Shown here: piece after piece, positions 35,238 through 44,355 of the stretch
Position numbering within the stretch: position 1 is the stretch's first letter
Layout of the letters: every line of letters starts with the position of its first letter
Sequence record: MN850645.1
Strand: one strand, 5' to 3'
DNA: 64,000 nt
From: Escherichia phage outra
Made by a program: the position numbers and the translations under genes
The notes under the pieces: generated by a model
What the model was told of the DNA's origin: nothing
Database searches by the model: none
The model's input: the letters and a program-made list of their open reading frames with translations, nothing else

Positions 35238-35246
35238 GGAGGGTTT

Positions 35247-35471
35247 ATGGTAAAACGTCTGGAATGGGATGCGTGTACTGCTCACGCTTGTCACTGTGAT
35301 ATTGTTGAAGATCCTAATGGAGAAATGGTGTATTATGAAGATTACGAAGCATTGCATAATGCTGTGATCGCTTTACTGGATGATATTAGCTCACGCTATC
35401 CAGGACAACAGTTTACGTGTCCACATATTCAACTGTTAGCCAAACTTACGGAGTATCCAAGTGTTCCATAA
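35247..35471 (+). CDS. hypothetical Cys/His protein (74 aa), shares CDIV.DP.G motif with 40604-40876
   Basis: AAGGAGGG SD. Confidence 0.5.
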   Translation: MVKRLEWDACTAHACHCDIVEDPNGEMVYYEDYEALHNAVIALLDDISSRYPGQQFTCPHIQLLAKLTEYPSVP

Positions 35472-35472
35472 T

Positions 35473-35640
35473 ATGGGTGTCCCTGAACAACTCCTCTTTA
35501 TTGTAGGACTAGTAGGCTTATTGGCGGCTGGCGCTAAAGCCGCTTCTCACACGCATCACATAATGTTAAGATTTCTATTCCTGCTCCCTTCTATCCTCGT
35601 GTTATTAGTCATACTGATCGATAATATTTTGCACAATTAA
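35473..35640 (+). CDS. hypothetical membrane protein (55 aa)
   Basis: hand-translated; no SD (TAATATG coupling). Confidence 0.3.
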   Translation: MGVPEQLLFIVGLVGLLAAGAKAASHTHHIMLRFLFLLPSILVLLVILIDNILHN

Positions 35641-35649
35641 GGAGAGGTT

Positions 35650-36234
35650 ATGAGTAAAATTATACCAAGCAGTTATGAATTATTGCAGTTTTATGTCTAT
35701 TATATAGACTGGGTTACTAGATCGAATGTTAAAGACAATGCGATGTTTAGTAAAAACATCTGTTTAACAGAAAGTATCTTCCGTTACTGGCACACAGGCA
35801 GAAAGTGTACACACAGTGAAGCTATGCGCATTGTAGGAGAATATCTGGAGCAATTGCAAAAAGCAGAGTTACCTGTCCTTCACCCATTCAACGAATCTAA
35901 AGAAGAATTAGAACAAGAGTGTAGAGAAGGTAAGTGCCATTTGAATGAAAAACGTATCGAATGGGTGAGGCAACGTTTAGCCGATACAGGAAAGCCTCCT
36001 AGTGACTCTGACTATACGTGGTATGATGTAGAGGGTTTAGTTCAAGGTTTTGAGGCTTGTGCTATAGATAATACCAACTTTGCCAAAGTTTTATGCGAGG
36101 CTTATGATCTGGCAGATAAAATCCGAAATCAAGGATGGAAACAAGAGCATAAAGAATCATATGAACGTCTTGACAAGATTTTCAAACAGATCTATTCTAA
36201 CCACAAAGAGATGTTCCAAATGGAGGATGTGTAA
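35650..36234 (+). CDS. paralogue-family protein A4 with C-terminal extension (194 aa)
   Basis: ELLQFYVYY, HPFN, CHLNEKRIEWVRQRLAD blocks; AAGGAGAGG SD. Confidence 0.6.
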   Translation: MSKIIPSSYELLQFYVYYIDWVTRSNVKDNAMFSKNICLTESIFRYWHTGRKCTHSEAMRIVGEYLEQLQKAELPVLHPFNESKEELEQECREGKCHLNEKRIEWVRQRLADTGKPPSDSDYTWYDVEGLVQGFEACAIDNTNFAKVLCEAYDLADKIRNQGWKQEHKESYERLDKIFKQIYSNHKEMFQMEDV

Positions 36235-36917
36235 TGAAAGAGATTATGTTTGAAGGTCATCGTTACGAAGTTCCAGACAATGCAAATTTCATGGCTCGTG
36301 ATATCACTGGAGATGTGTTCTGGTTTGAAGATGAACCTGTGTTTTCGAACAAACACTGGTTTTCACAACAATCTTCTTCGGAAAATATGACTTTTGGTTA
36401 TGTAGAACCTAAAGTACGTTGCAAAGCAGCTTCTTCTTTGGTAAAAATTTCCCAAGATGACCAAGAAAATACTCAAGATGTTGTTAGTGCGCTACTGAAG
36501 TACATTGCAGAACTTGAGAAGAAAATTAAAGAAGCAGAAACTAAGGTGGAAGCACGATCAGCAATCATCGAAGCTATGTCTGAACGTATTTTAGAACTAG
36601 AAGATTTGTGTGGAGAGGCTTATCAAGTGGTTGGTGCACTGGCTTGTGAAGCACAAATGTTTGAAACTTCAGAACAAGTTTCACATATGTTAGATAATTT
36701 GAGTGAATGTAAAATGATTCATGATGATGTGTTACCATTTTGTTGCAATGTTAACAAAACAGAGCAAACACAAGATTCAGAAACAGTTTATGTTCCGCTA
36801 ATGTGTGTTCCAGATCATCTAAAAGGTGTATTCTCTTGTAAATGGTCGCTGTTGAGCGTTACTAATTGTGGTGAAAACTATTCTGCTAACATTGAATTGC
36901 TAAAACACGTTAAATAA
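36234..36917 (+). CDS. hypothetical protein (227 aa)
   Basis: ATG overlaps upstream stop. Confidence 0.55.
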   Translation: MKEIMFEGHRYEVPDNANFMARDITGDVFWFEDEPVFSNKHWFSQQSSSENMTFGYVEPKVRCKAASSLVKISQDDQENTQDVVSALLKYIAELEKKIKEAETKVEARSAIIEAMSERILELEDLCGEAYQVVGALACEAQMFETSEQVSHMLDNLSECKMIHDDVLPFCCNVNKTEQTQDSETVYVPLMCVPDHLKGVFSCKWSLLSVTNCGENYSANIELLKHVK

Positions 36918-36927
36918 GGAGAGTAAG

Positions 36928-37332
36928 ATGTGGTCTGTTAAAATCAAATATAATGCACAGTATTATGGTGGACAACCTTATGAAGTTGTTATTTGTGACT
37001 GTATCTCTAAAGAAGTTGCACAGCTTTGTGGCACTGGTGTTAGTGAAGCTATGAACAAAATGCATAACTCGACTGTGCGTTACCTGGATCAAGATATTCC
37101 AGAAGATGTAAATGATTATGGTTACGAAATTATTTACAGTGAAGGTAAGAAGCTCTCTATTGAAGATGCACTTAAAGCACTACCTGCTATGTGCAATCCA
37201 ACACCAGAAGCAGTTAAAAAGATTTTACCAGAATCCAACCCCGATGAATATGCTGCTATGGTTGCTTCAGACATGTGGAATCTCTGTCGAGAAACTATGA
37301 TTAAAAATCTGGTGGAAATGGCGCATGAGTAA
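36928..37332 (+). CDS. hypothetical protein (134 aa)
   Basis: AAGGAGAG SD. Confidence 0.55.
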   Translation: MWSVKIKYNAQYYGGQPYEVVICDCISKEVAQLCGTGVSEAMNKMHNSTVRYLDQDIPEDVNDYGYEIIYSEGKKLSIEDALKALPAMCNPTPEAVKKILPESNPDEYAAMVASDMWNLCRETMIKNLVEMAHE

Positions 37333-37543
37333 AACGCACTTTATACATCCATTTGATCCAAAGAACAAGGCGGTTATACACCGCCGTTGGACTGAAACGC
37401 GCATTACAAAATGTCCTGTGCCAGCAGCAGAGGAATATAACAAAACATATAAAGCAGAATTTGTGGAGTACACCTTTGTGAATAACAAAGGGAAAGAGGT
37501 TTATGTTCCAGAATACTGCCTTTGGATAAAATGGGAGGAATAA
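37325..37543 (+). CDS. hypothetical protein (72 aa)
   Basis: overlapping start. Confidence 0.45.
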   Translation: MSKTHFIHPFDPKNKAVIHRRWTETRITKCPVPAAEEYNKTYKAEFVEYTFVNNKGKEVYVPEYCLWIKWEE

Positions 37544-37710
37544 TGCAAACATTTTTTATCGACAAGTTCAATAAAAATATGAACACGTGGATGGCAACAT
37601 TCACTATGCAATTTGCATCGTTTAAAGAAGCTCAAGAATGGTGCGATCAACACAAGGATTTTGATTTTTACTATCAAATCAATCCGAATCTCTCTCCAGA
37701 GGAGAAATAA
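37543..37710 (+). CDS. hypothetical small protein (55 aa)
   Basis: start moved to ATG 37543 with GGAGGA SD. Confidence 0.45.
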   Translation: MQTFFIDKFNKNMNTWMATFTMQFASFKEAQEWCDQHKDFDFYYQINPNLSPEEK

Positions 37711-37711
37711 T

Positions 37712-38056
37712 ATGTTGGCTGATATTGAAATCCTTATGTACCGACAAGGTATGATCAAAATGTGGCTAGATTCTTTTAGCAACATATACTGCACAGTGCG
37801 ATCAGCAGAGGAGCGTAAAACGCTTATTTTATCTGCTATTGTTGATAAACAACGTTTCTTCAAAGAAGTTTTGCAAACAGGCTTCTCCGATGCAGGAGTA
37901 GAAATTGCAACTCTTAGTCTTGGGGTGCTGTCTTACTTGGAATCCGTTGTTTTATATGTCTTCTCTTTAGAAGAACACTTGCAATTTGAAGCATTAAAAC
38001 TTATCTTAGATGCTGCAATTGACATAGAACAAAATCGAATTGATTCTTTTGAATAA
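37712..38056 (+). CDS. hypothetical protein (114 aa)
   Basis: start moved to ATG 37712 with AGAGGAG SD. Confidence 0.5.
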   Translation: MLADIEILMYRQGMIKMWLDSFSNIYCTVRSAEERKTLILSAIVDKQRFFKEVLQTGFSDAGVEIATLSLGVLSYLESVVLYVFSLEEHLQFEALKLILDAAIDIEQNRIDSFE

Positions 38057-38072
38057 AAATAAGGAGGAAACT

Positions 38073-38531
38073 ATGCAAGAGGTTAAACATTATCCACATG
38101 GTCGTAGTTTTGTAGCTGTATGGCATGTTCCTGCTCGTAATGAACTATTTTGTGCATCTTTTCATTACAAAGATGGACAATATTTCACCTATGACGAGAC
38201 AATGGATGATTTTATCCCAGAGTGCGATCACGGGTATACACCAATGTTCTTTAAACGTATGAAAGCTCGTTTCTTCGTTACAGATGTTGATGGTGAACCT
38301 ACTTGGCATATCGAAGAAGATTGGCAAGATTCTGTAGATATTAAAGAAGCCCCAGAATGGGCTACATTACTGGTACACGTCAAAACCCCTACTCTTGACG
38401 TTATGGCGTGGGTTAATCATGATGATACCCATTACCAATACATAAATGGTAGCACAGAGATTTCTGGTGAGATTATTGGTCGTTGGAAGCCTACGAATCA
38501 GGTTGCCATTGTCGGGTATAAGACAGTATAA
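38073..38531 (+). CDS. hypothetical protein (152 aa)
   Basis: start moved to ATG 38073 with AAGGAGGA SD. Confidence 0.55.
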   Translation: MQEVKHYPHGRSFVAVWHVPARNELFCASFHYKDGQYFTYDETMDDFIPECDHGYTPMFFKRMKARFFVTDVDGEPTWHIEEDWQDSVDIKEAPEWATLLVHVKTPTLDVMAWVNHDDTHYQYINGSTEISGEIIGRWKPTNQVAIVGYKTV

Positions 38532-38532
38532 T

Positions 38533-38727
38533 ATGAAAAATAGTGTAGACTGGGATGATTTATCCGATTTTGAAAAATGGTTCTTAGGTAGTGGTTGTTA
38601 TGCAGATGGGGATCTCGAAAGAGATCCTTCTGGAAATTACACTATGCCATTAACCCAAGGTTTTTATGAGTGCTGGTGCGCAGCACAAAACAACGTACTG
38701 AATAAGGAGACAACACAATGCAATTAA
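38533..38727 (+). CDS. hypothetical small protein (64 aa)
   Basis: start moved to ATG 38533. Confidence 0.4.
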   Translation: MKNSVDWDDLSDFEKWFLGSGCYADGDLERDPSGNYTMPLTQGFYECWCAAQNNVLNKETTQCN

Positions 38728-38957
38728 ACATCGGACAACCAATTTTTGATGCAGATACTGGTCAATATGCAGTGATTGTTGCTCGTATGAGCGGTGATGA
38801 CCTTATTGTTTCAGAACTACTCGGATCAGATCCGCAACTGCGCGTAGTATGTGACCTATATCTTCGAGACGAAAGTGATCGCATTGCACTGAAAGAAGAT
38901 GGTATGCTCTACTACACCTGGACTAGAGATCCTGGGGTAACGGAGGTAGAGGTATAA
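38718..38957 (+). CDS. hypothetical protein (79 aa)
   Basis: AAGGAGA SD. Confidence 0.5.
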   Translation: MQLNIGQPIFDADTGQYAVIVARMSGDDLIVSELLGSDPQLRVVCDLYLRDESDRIALKEDGMLYYTWTRDPGVTEVEV

Positions 38958-39256
38958 TGGTAAGGAATAGGGGTTTACATAAAAGAAGACACCTTACTTA
39001 CTGGCATCGTAAAGTACATGAACCTGTATCAAAGAAAGAATGGCAATATCTGCCTTATGGGAAGGAGCGAAGAAAGTATTTGTTAGCTCATTTAAGGGTA
39101 CATGGTTCTCTTCCTGTTAACAGTAAGTGGCAATTGCAAACAGCTTATGACGAAGATATGAAATATCTGTTAAAGAGAGGCATTATTTGCCTTGTTAAGA
39201 TAGGACGATGGAAATCTCGTCAATCTTATATCGTACTTAAACAGGAGAAACGATGA
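38957..39256 (+). CDS. hypothetical basic protein (99 aa)
   Basis: GGAGGTAGAGG SD. Confidence 0.5.
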   Translation: MVRNRGLHKRRHLTYWHRKVHEPVSKKEWQYLPYGKERRKYLLAHLRVHGSLPVNSKWQLQTAYDEDMKYLLKRGIICLVKIGRWKSRQSYIVLKQEKR

Positions 39257-39504
39257 ATATCAAAGATGTTGTAGCATACGTAGAAGATGAAGTTAAAAAC
39301 CATACAAGTTTACTGAAAGTAATGGTTGTGGTTAAAGATGGTATTGGACAAGTAAACGTACAACATGTCTTATCTGACACTGTATATAATGTGTTTGAAT
39401 GTAAAGAAACACCTCATGGAGTACGTGTGGTTTATATTGATAACAATTTCAAAGAATGTGTGAGACATACCTTAGAAAATGAACTAAGGATCACAATCTT
39501 ATGA
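39253..39504 (+). CDS. hypothetical protein (83 aa)
   Basis: 4-nt overlap. Confidence 0.5.
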   Translation: MNIKDVVAYVEDEVKNHTSLLKVMVVVKDGIGQVNVQHVLSDTVYNVFECKETPHGVRVVYIDNNFKECVRHTLENELRITIL

Positions 39505-39674
39505 GTTATTATGTTGTACCTTATGCCAATAAGTGGAGAGTAAGAGAAACTTGTTTTCTATTCTCCTGGTGGGCTACGTTCGGAGATGGTTGTGGAAATG
39601 ATACAGGAAAGCCTGTAGAGTACGACACAAAAGAAGAATGTGAACAGTGGATAAAATTAACACAAAGATGTTGA
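39501..39674 (+). CDS. hypothetical small Cys-containing protein (57 aa)
   Basis: hand-translated; ATGA overlap. Confidence 0.35.
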   Translation: MSYYVVPYANKWRVRETCFLFSWWATFGDGCGNDTGKPVEYDTKEECEQWIKLTQRC

Positions 39675-39727
39675 CACGATCTTAACTTCTTGTTAGTATC
39701 AATGTGTACTAACGATAAGGAGGGTTT

Positions 39728-39952
39728 ATGAAGTCTGTAAACAAGTTGCAACAATTTTTGTTATCAACAGCAATCTTTTTGCTTTTGTTAATTGGTATTC
39801 TGTATGGTGCATCTAACTTATACAATCTACATAATGATGTAGAACAGAATAAAGAGAAGTGCATCATTCTAAAACACAAGAAACAAGCAGAAGATTTCTT
39901 AAAGAATAAGTGTTACAACTACATTGATTATGAGGAGACAAACAATGATTAA
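39728..39952 (+). CDS. small membrane-anchored protein (74 aa), paralogue of 35019-35237
   Basis: AAGGAGGG SD; hydrophobic N-terminus; shared C-terminal motif. Confidence 0.55.
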   Translation: MKSVNKLQQFLLSTAIFLLLLIGILYGASNLYNLHNDVEQNKEKCIILKHKKQAEDFLKNKCYNYIDYEETNND

Positions 39953-40187
39953 AGAATTAGGTATGCGAGTATACAGTGAGTGGACTCCAAGCAATGGCCC
40001 AGGAGTTGTTGCAGCTAAATGTATCAATGGTCGTATTGAGTACCTGGAAGGGTATGAAGATAATGAAGAGTTAGTAGATTATGCTAAATCTTTTATTGAA
40101 GATGATACAGACTTTATTGTATTATATGATACAGGAGAGTTAGAGTATGGATATGATGGAGATGGGGATATCTTTGAACTTCAATAA
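39945..40187 (+). CDS. hypothetical acidic protein (80 aa)
   Basis: start moved to ATG 39945 with GAGGAG SD. Confidence 0.45.
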   Translation: MIKELGMRVYSEWTPSNGPGVVAAKCINGRIEYLEGYEDNEELVDYAKSFIEDDTDFIVLYDTGELEYGYDGDGDIFELQ

Positions 40188-40281
40188 GAGTAGTAAGTAA
40201 GGTATAAAGAGTATATAGTTAGTTATAGAGTTAGTAACATTACATATACTCTTTCCATGTATAACATGGAATATTCTCTAC

Positions 40282-40340
40282 CTCGCTATCGCTCGGTATA
40301 TAAGATTAGGGTAGCATGTTTTTTACGAAAAGTAAAACTG
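40282..40340. repeat. conserved intergenic element copy B (CTCGCTATCGCTCGG ... TTAGGGTAGCATGTTTTTT)
   Basis: 18-bp core identical to 11616-11633. Confidence 0.6.
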
Positions 40341-40394
40341 TTTATACCGATTGATAGCAGGTTTTTAATAGATTCTATCTATGAGGAGTAGAAA

Positions 40395-40613
40395 GTGTAC
40401 AAATTATATAAAGGAAAAGATAAGTTTACGGGTAATACATCTGGTTTCTATGTAACACCACGTGGCGTTGCTGTATTTGACTGGATTCCTGGTACTCCAG
40501 ATCGTGAAATGATCTCTCTTGTAAAACTGTCGGAACAAGAGTACACTTACGGTGACATTACAACATTCTATTCTCGTGCAGAAAATCCAAAACTGATTGC
40601 GGAGTGGGAATAA
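40395..40613 (+). CDS. hypothetical protein (72 aa), GTG start
   Basis: GAGGAG SD 6 nt before GTG. Confidence 0.5.
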   Translation: MYKLYKGKDKFTGNTSGFYVTPRGVAVFDWIPGTPDREMISLVKLSEQEYTYGDITTFYSRAENPKLIAEWE

Positions 40614-40876
40614 TGGTTACACGATATGATTTAGAGGTGTACAGCCAAGGTGCTGCTGGTCAATGTGATATTGTACCAGATCCAGAAGGAGACTATGTTC
40701 TTCTTGCTGATTACAATAAGCTAGAAGAAAGGCTTCGGGCTGTGTATGCTAAAGAGAACAAAACAATCTGTCCTTATTGCAGTGGAATGGGTTGGGTGGT
40801 TGCAGATGTTGGACAAATGTATGAATGTGTACCTTGTAAAACCACAGGCTTTATTGAAAAGGATACTGACAAATGA
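40604..40876 (+). CDS. small Zn-ribbon protein (90 aa)
   Basis: CPYCSG...CVPCK pair of CxxC motifs; N-terminus shares CDIVPDPEG motif with 35247-35471. Confidence 0.5.
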   Translation: MGIMVTRYDLEVYSQGAAGQCDIVPDPEGDYVLLADYNKLEERLRAVYAKENKTICPYCSGMGWVVADVGQMYECVPCKTTGFIEKDTDK

Positions 40877-41121
40877 CTGTAGCAGATAAAATGAGAGAAC
40901 TGGCAGAAAACGCAGAACTTAACAAAGCAAAAGAGAGTTTACAAAGCATCTACGCGTATATTGAAAGAGCAGCTAAAGATGGAGACAGAGAAGCTGCTAT
41001 ATACACGCTTTATCCAACTTTCGTAAAAGTTAGCTTGGATGCTGAAGGTTTTTCAACTTTTATTGATACAGAAACATCTCATTACGATGAAAACTTTACT
41101 CGAATAGTTATTCGATGGTAA
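40873..41121 (+). CDS. hypothetical protein (82 aa)
   Basis: 4-nt overlap. Confidence 0.5.
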   Translation: MTVADKMRELAENAELNKAKESLQSIYAYIERAAKDGDREAAIYTLYPTFVKVSLDAEGFSTFIDTETSHYDENFTRIVIRW

Positions 41122-41226
41122 ATTTCTGATATTTATGCGCCCTGGCTACCTGGGCGTAATAAATTCAGCTTATATTTGATCCGCGCCTTCGGCGCTTAGG
41201 CAAAGCCACGCCACATAGGAGAGTTT

Positions 41227-41637
41227 ATGTTCAAATGGTTAAAAGGGTTTCTAACATCTTTGGCAGAACCTAAGCAAGATGTTATTAAAAGCTCTATCAC
41301 AGGAAAACCGCTTGTTATAGTTACAGGCGGCTTTGGTCATGGGTTTTCTCTTAAACAAACAGATATAGGTTTACAGGGATGCTTGATTAGCTTTAGAATC
41401 ACTCAATTAGGAGATAATAGACAAACAATCTTAGACCTTTTCAATGGGGAATTTGATGATTATTTATCTAAGAGTGGTAAAGAACGTCTGATCGAACATA
41501 TAAAACACCGCTATGAGCATGGTGGTTACTACTTAGATACAAAACGTAATGCACAAGGTGATCTTGACATAGTTCGTATAGCGTGGGATAATGAATTTAA
41601 AACTAAACTTGGTAAACTTCTGGAGGAGTTATGGTAA
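41227..41637 (+). CDS. hypothetical protein (136 aa)
   Basis: AGGAGAG SD. Confidence 0.55.
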   Translation: MFKWLKGFLTSLAEPKQDVIKSSITGKPLVIVTGGFGHGFSLKQTDIGLQGCLISFRITQLGDNRQTILDLFNGEFDDYLSKSGKERLIEHIKHRYEHGGYYLDTKRNAQGDLDIVRIAWDNEFKTKLGKLLEELW

Positions 41638-41813
41638 ATATTAAAACAGGTGATATTGTACGTCTTGCCAGTGAAGAAATGTTAATGACTGTAATGGTAT
41701 CTACCTATGATACTTGCGAAGTGGTATGGTTTGATGTTAATGAACAACTACAGAAAGCTACATTTGATAAACGTATGCTTCGTAAAGTTGAAGAAGTGAA
41801 GGAGGAAGAATAA
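41631..41813 (+). CDS. hypothetical protein (60 aa)
   Basis: overlapping start. Confidence 0.45.
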   Translation: MVNIKTGDIVRLASEEMLMTVMVSTYDTCEVVWFDVNEQLQKATFDKRMLRKVEEVKEEE

Positions 41814-41814
41814 T

Positions 41815-42027
41815 ATGACAATGTTGCTTCGTATGTTTGTGTTTCTTATGTTCTGGATTATCGTTGGTAACGGTATTGTATTTTTGATTTTTCCTGAAGT
41901 AATGACAGGTAATGAAAATAAGGCAGTGCCTTACATTATGCTTATCGGTTACGGTATTGGTACACTTGGATTACTGTTTGCTGACTGGTTAGTCAATACC
42001 TTGTTCTCTAAGTACAGGAACAACTAA
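41815..42027 (+). CDS. hypothetical membrane protein (70 aa)
   Basis: two hydrophobic helices; GGAGGAAG SD. Confidence 0.5.
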   Translation: MTMLLRMFVFLMFWIIVGNGIVFLIFPEVMTGNENKAVPYIMLIGYGIGTLGLLFADWLVNTLFSKYRNN

Positions 42028-42028
42028 T

Positions 42029-42301
42029 ATGTCGGAAAAATTACCTAATGTTTTCTTTTGTTTTGTAGATTGTGTTACACAAGAAATTATAGTTGACGAA
42101 GAAGGTATGTTTACTTATTTTGCATCTGAAGAAGAGGCAAAACTATCAGCTATGAAATGTATAAGCCAATTGTCAGTACCTGCTGTCAACAGGTTCGGTA
42201 TTGCACAGGTGTATAAAACAGTAACAGAGTTTACACCAGATCGAAAACTAACTTTTCTTAACGTTCACTTTGTTTGTAAGTTTAGTGAACTACGACATTA
42301 A
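42029..42301 (+). CDS. hypothetical protein (90 aa)
   Basis: ORF in operon. Confidence 0.5.
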   Translation: MSEKLPNVFFCFVDCVTQEIIVDEEGMFTYFASEEEAKLSAMKCISQLSVPAVNRFGIAQVYKTVTEFTPDRKLTFLNVHFVCKFSELRH

Positions 42302-42314
42302 AGCAGGAGTAAAA

Positions 42315-42914
42315 ATGAAAGAATATTGGAGTGGTGAGAAGGGCTTACTAAAGCCAGGAATGCTTTTGCGAGTAAAGAACATGTTGATCACACAAGATTA
42401 CATAATGCCTAATCCTGGAGCATTAGTAGAATTCCTTACTGCGCGAGATCAACCTGGGGTTGGTGAAATGTGGATTGTAACGTGGATATCTCTCGATAGT
42501 AAATTGCGCGTTGCTCCTATTGACCCAAAACACCTAGAATCTCCTTACGCCAGTATTGATCCTCGGATCATAGATTTGGCTAGAGTTTATAAGGCTAGGA
42601 CTGGTGTAGAATTAGATGTAGAAATTTTAAATCAATGTATTGACTTCTTACCTGAAAAAGTGCATAATGCACAACAAGAAGATAGCAGTTTAGAAGTTAT
42701 TCTTCTGAATGATGGGATGTTCTCTGGTTTGGCATCTGTAGATTTTCCAATAACATTAAGATTGTTACCTGGAGAATACGTACTGGATGAAGATACTATT
42801 GCTATATCCTCTAAAATTTTAGAACTCATTCCAGGTGCAAGGTGTGTTGGTGATACATCTTCCTTGCTGTTTACTCTGAATGAAGAAGCCATTATAGTTA
42901 AAAAGGAGAAGTAA
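42315..42914 (+). CDS. hypothetical protein (199 aa)
   Basis: start moved to ATG 42315 with AGGAG SD. Confidence 0.55.
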   Translation: MKEYWSGEKGLLKPGMLLRVKNMLITQDYIMPNPGALVEFLTARDQPGVGEMWIVTWISLDSKLRVAPIDPKHLESPYASIDPRIIDLARVYKARTGVELDVEILNQCIDFLPEKVHNAQQEDSSLEVILLNDGMFSGLASVDFPITLRLLPGEYVLDEDTIAISSKILELIPGARCVGDTSSLLFTLNEEAIIVKKEK

Positions 42915-43019
42915 ATGATGACGTTTATTGTTGGTGTTGTTGTTGGTTATTTTGGTCACAAGTACCAAGATGTTATCATCGCTAAAGTTGACGAAGTAAT
43001 CGAAAAATTTAAACACTAA
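42915..43019 (+). CDS. hypothetical membrane peptide (34 aa)
   Basis: hand-translated; AAGGAGAAG SD. Confidence 0.35.
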   Translation: MMTFIVGVVVGYFGHKYQDVIIAKVDEVIEKFKH

Positions 43020-43070
43020 TTTTCTAAAAGGCTGTACTATTGTGCAGCCTATCTTTCAAAGGAGAGTAAA

Positions 43071-43244
43071 ATGTTCAAAGATACCAATTATAAATGTGTA
43101 CATTGTGGTAAATCTTTTGGTGATCACCAAGCTAAAACATTCAATTGTCCACGAAAAGGGCGAGGTAGCTTTAAAGGTTTTAATCCATCCCACGTTTATT
43201 CTCCCAACTACGAGAAACCAGAAGAAGAAAAATTTGTAATCTGA
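43071..43244 (+). CDS. small Zn-ribbon-like protein (57 aa)
   Basis: hand-translated; AAAGGAGAG SD; CVHCGK...NCPRKG. Confidence 0.45.
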   Translation: MFKDTNYKCVHCGKSFGDHQAKTFNCPRKGRGSFKGFNPSHVYSPNYEKPEEEKFVI

Positions 43245-43253
43245 GGAGGCAAT

Positions 43254-43541
43254 ATGGAACTAGTGCAAGAAGTTTATGAAAAACTGAAAGAAGAGAATCT
43301 TGATTGGCCTGAACATGCTCTTATTGTCGTCAAAGATACTAATGGTGAAATAAAATTCTCAAGTGTAAGTGAAGATGATGTTGTCTTAAGTCCTACAGGA
43401 TATTATATGAGAGGTGTTACGTGTCTATTCAACACCAAAGTGTATCCTGAAATTAAACTTAGTTACGGTGAACCTGATCATCCAGAAATCGTTACACGTA
43501 ATGAATATGAAAATTATTATTTTGCTCGTGAAAGCAAATAA
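43254..43541 (+). CDS. hypothetical protein (95 aa)
   Basis: GAGGAGG SD. Confidence 0.55.
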   Translation: MELVQEVYEKLKEENLDWPEHALIVVKDTNGEIKFSSVSEDDVVLSPTGYYMRGVTCLFNTKVYPEIKLSYGEPDHPEIVTRNEYENYYFARESK

Positions 43542-43549
43542 GGAAAACT

Positions 43550-43873
43550 ATGCAAAAAATAAACACTGGTTCTCGTCCTAAACAGAAGCAAACAAAAGCA
43601 AGGGTATCTTATGTTGACAACTCTTGTTATAATTTCAAAAATGTTAAAGAAGTTATCATTGATGAAAAAGAAGGTTTGATTCACATTTCATCTGAACGTT
43701 TGAAAGGTAGTGTTACTCTTCGTGAGAATGTATCTATACCTATGAAAGTTGTGGCTACACTCTGTGTTGATAAACCAGATGTTGTTAACTACTATGTGTT
43801 CCGTGATAGTTGTATTTCATTACATAATAAGATTTTTAAATCTTCGCACGTTAAAACAAAACACATTGTATAA
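43550..43873 (+). CDS. hypothetical protein (107 aa)
   Basis: AAGGAAA SD. Confidence 0.55.
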   Translation: MQKINTGSRPKQKQTKARVSYVDNSCYNFKNVKEVIIDEKEGLIHISSERLKGSVTLRENVSIPMKVVATLCVDKPDVVNYYVFRDSCISLHNKIFKSSHVKTKHIV

Positions 43874-43880
43874 CACATAA

Positions 43881-43904
43881 ACCCGCTTCGGCGGGTTTTC
43901 TTGT
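43881..43904 (+). terminator. rho-independent terminator
   Basis: ACCCGC-TTCG-GCGGGT stem-loop followed by TTTTCTTGT. Confidence 0.7.
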
Positions 43905-43958
43905 ATGTGTGTTCTTTATTTGTTATAAGTATTCTTAGCATAAACAATAGGAGGTATT

Positions 43959-44180
43959 ATGTCTGTAGTTGTAGAAGGTAGTATTGGTTTCTTAGTAGAT
44001 AACCCTCACCCTTTCGTGGTTAAGGTTCATATTCAAGAAAAGGTAAGCAACAATACGTGGTTGTGCTTGTTAGATAGTAAGATACACTCTTATACAGAGG
44101 TTTATCTTCACACTTGGCAAATTGGTACGATAACAGCAGAGGATGAATTGATAATTGAATTATATGAACGAGATCTATAG
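43959..44180 (+). CDS. hypothetical protein (73 aa)
   Basis: AGGAGG SD. Confidence 0.5.
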   Translation: MSVVVEGSIGFLVDNPHPFVVKVHIQEKVSNNTWLCLLDSKIHSYTEVYLHTWQIGTITAEDELIIELYERDL

Positions 44181-44261
44181 ATGACTTTACTAGAGAGTAT
44201 CGTAGTGTTAATCATCTTTATCATTGTTGTCATAGGATATTTTACAGAAGACTAAAATAAA

Positions 44262-44292
44262 GCCCCTAGAAGCGATTCTAGGGGCTTTTGTT
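44262..44292. terminator. bidirectional rho-independent terminator at strand switch
   Basis: 8-bp stem GCCCCTAG/CTAGGGGC with T-runs on both sides; lies between convergent gene blocks. Confidence 0.6.
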
Positions 44293-44355
44293 TGCATTAG
44301 ATAGGGAAACGTATTACTAAAATAAAAAGTGCGTTAGAATGCGTTACAGGAGGTT

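Noticed and set aside
43042-43239. Track ORF 43042-43239 (GTG start, 65 aa)
   Set aside because: No ribosome-binding site and GTG start; the alternative frame 43071-43244 has an AAAGGAGAG site and a Zn-ribbon-like product, so that was preferred.
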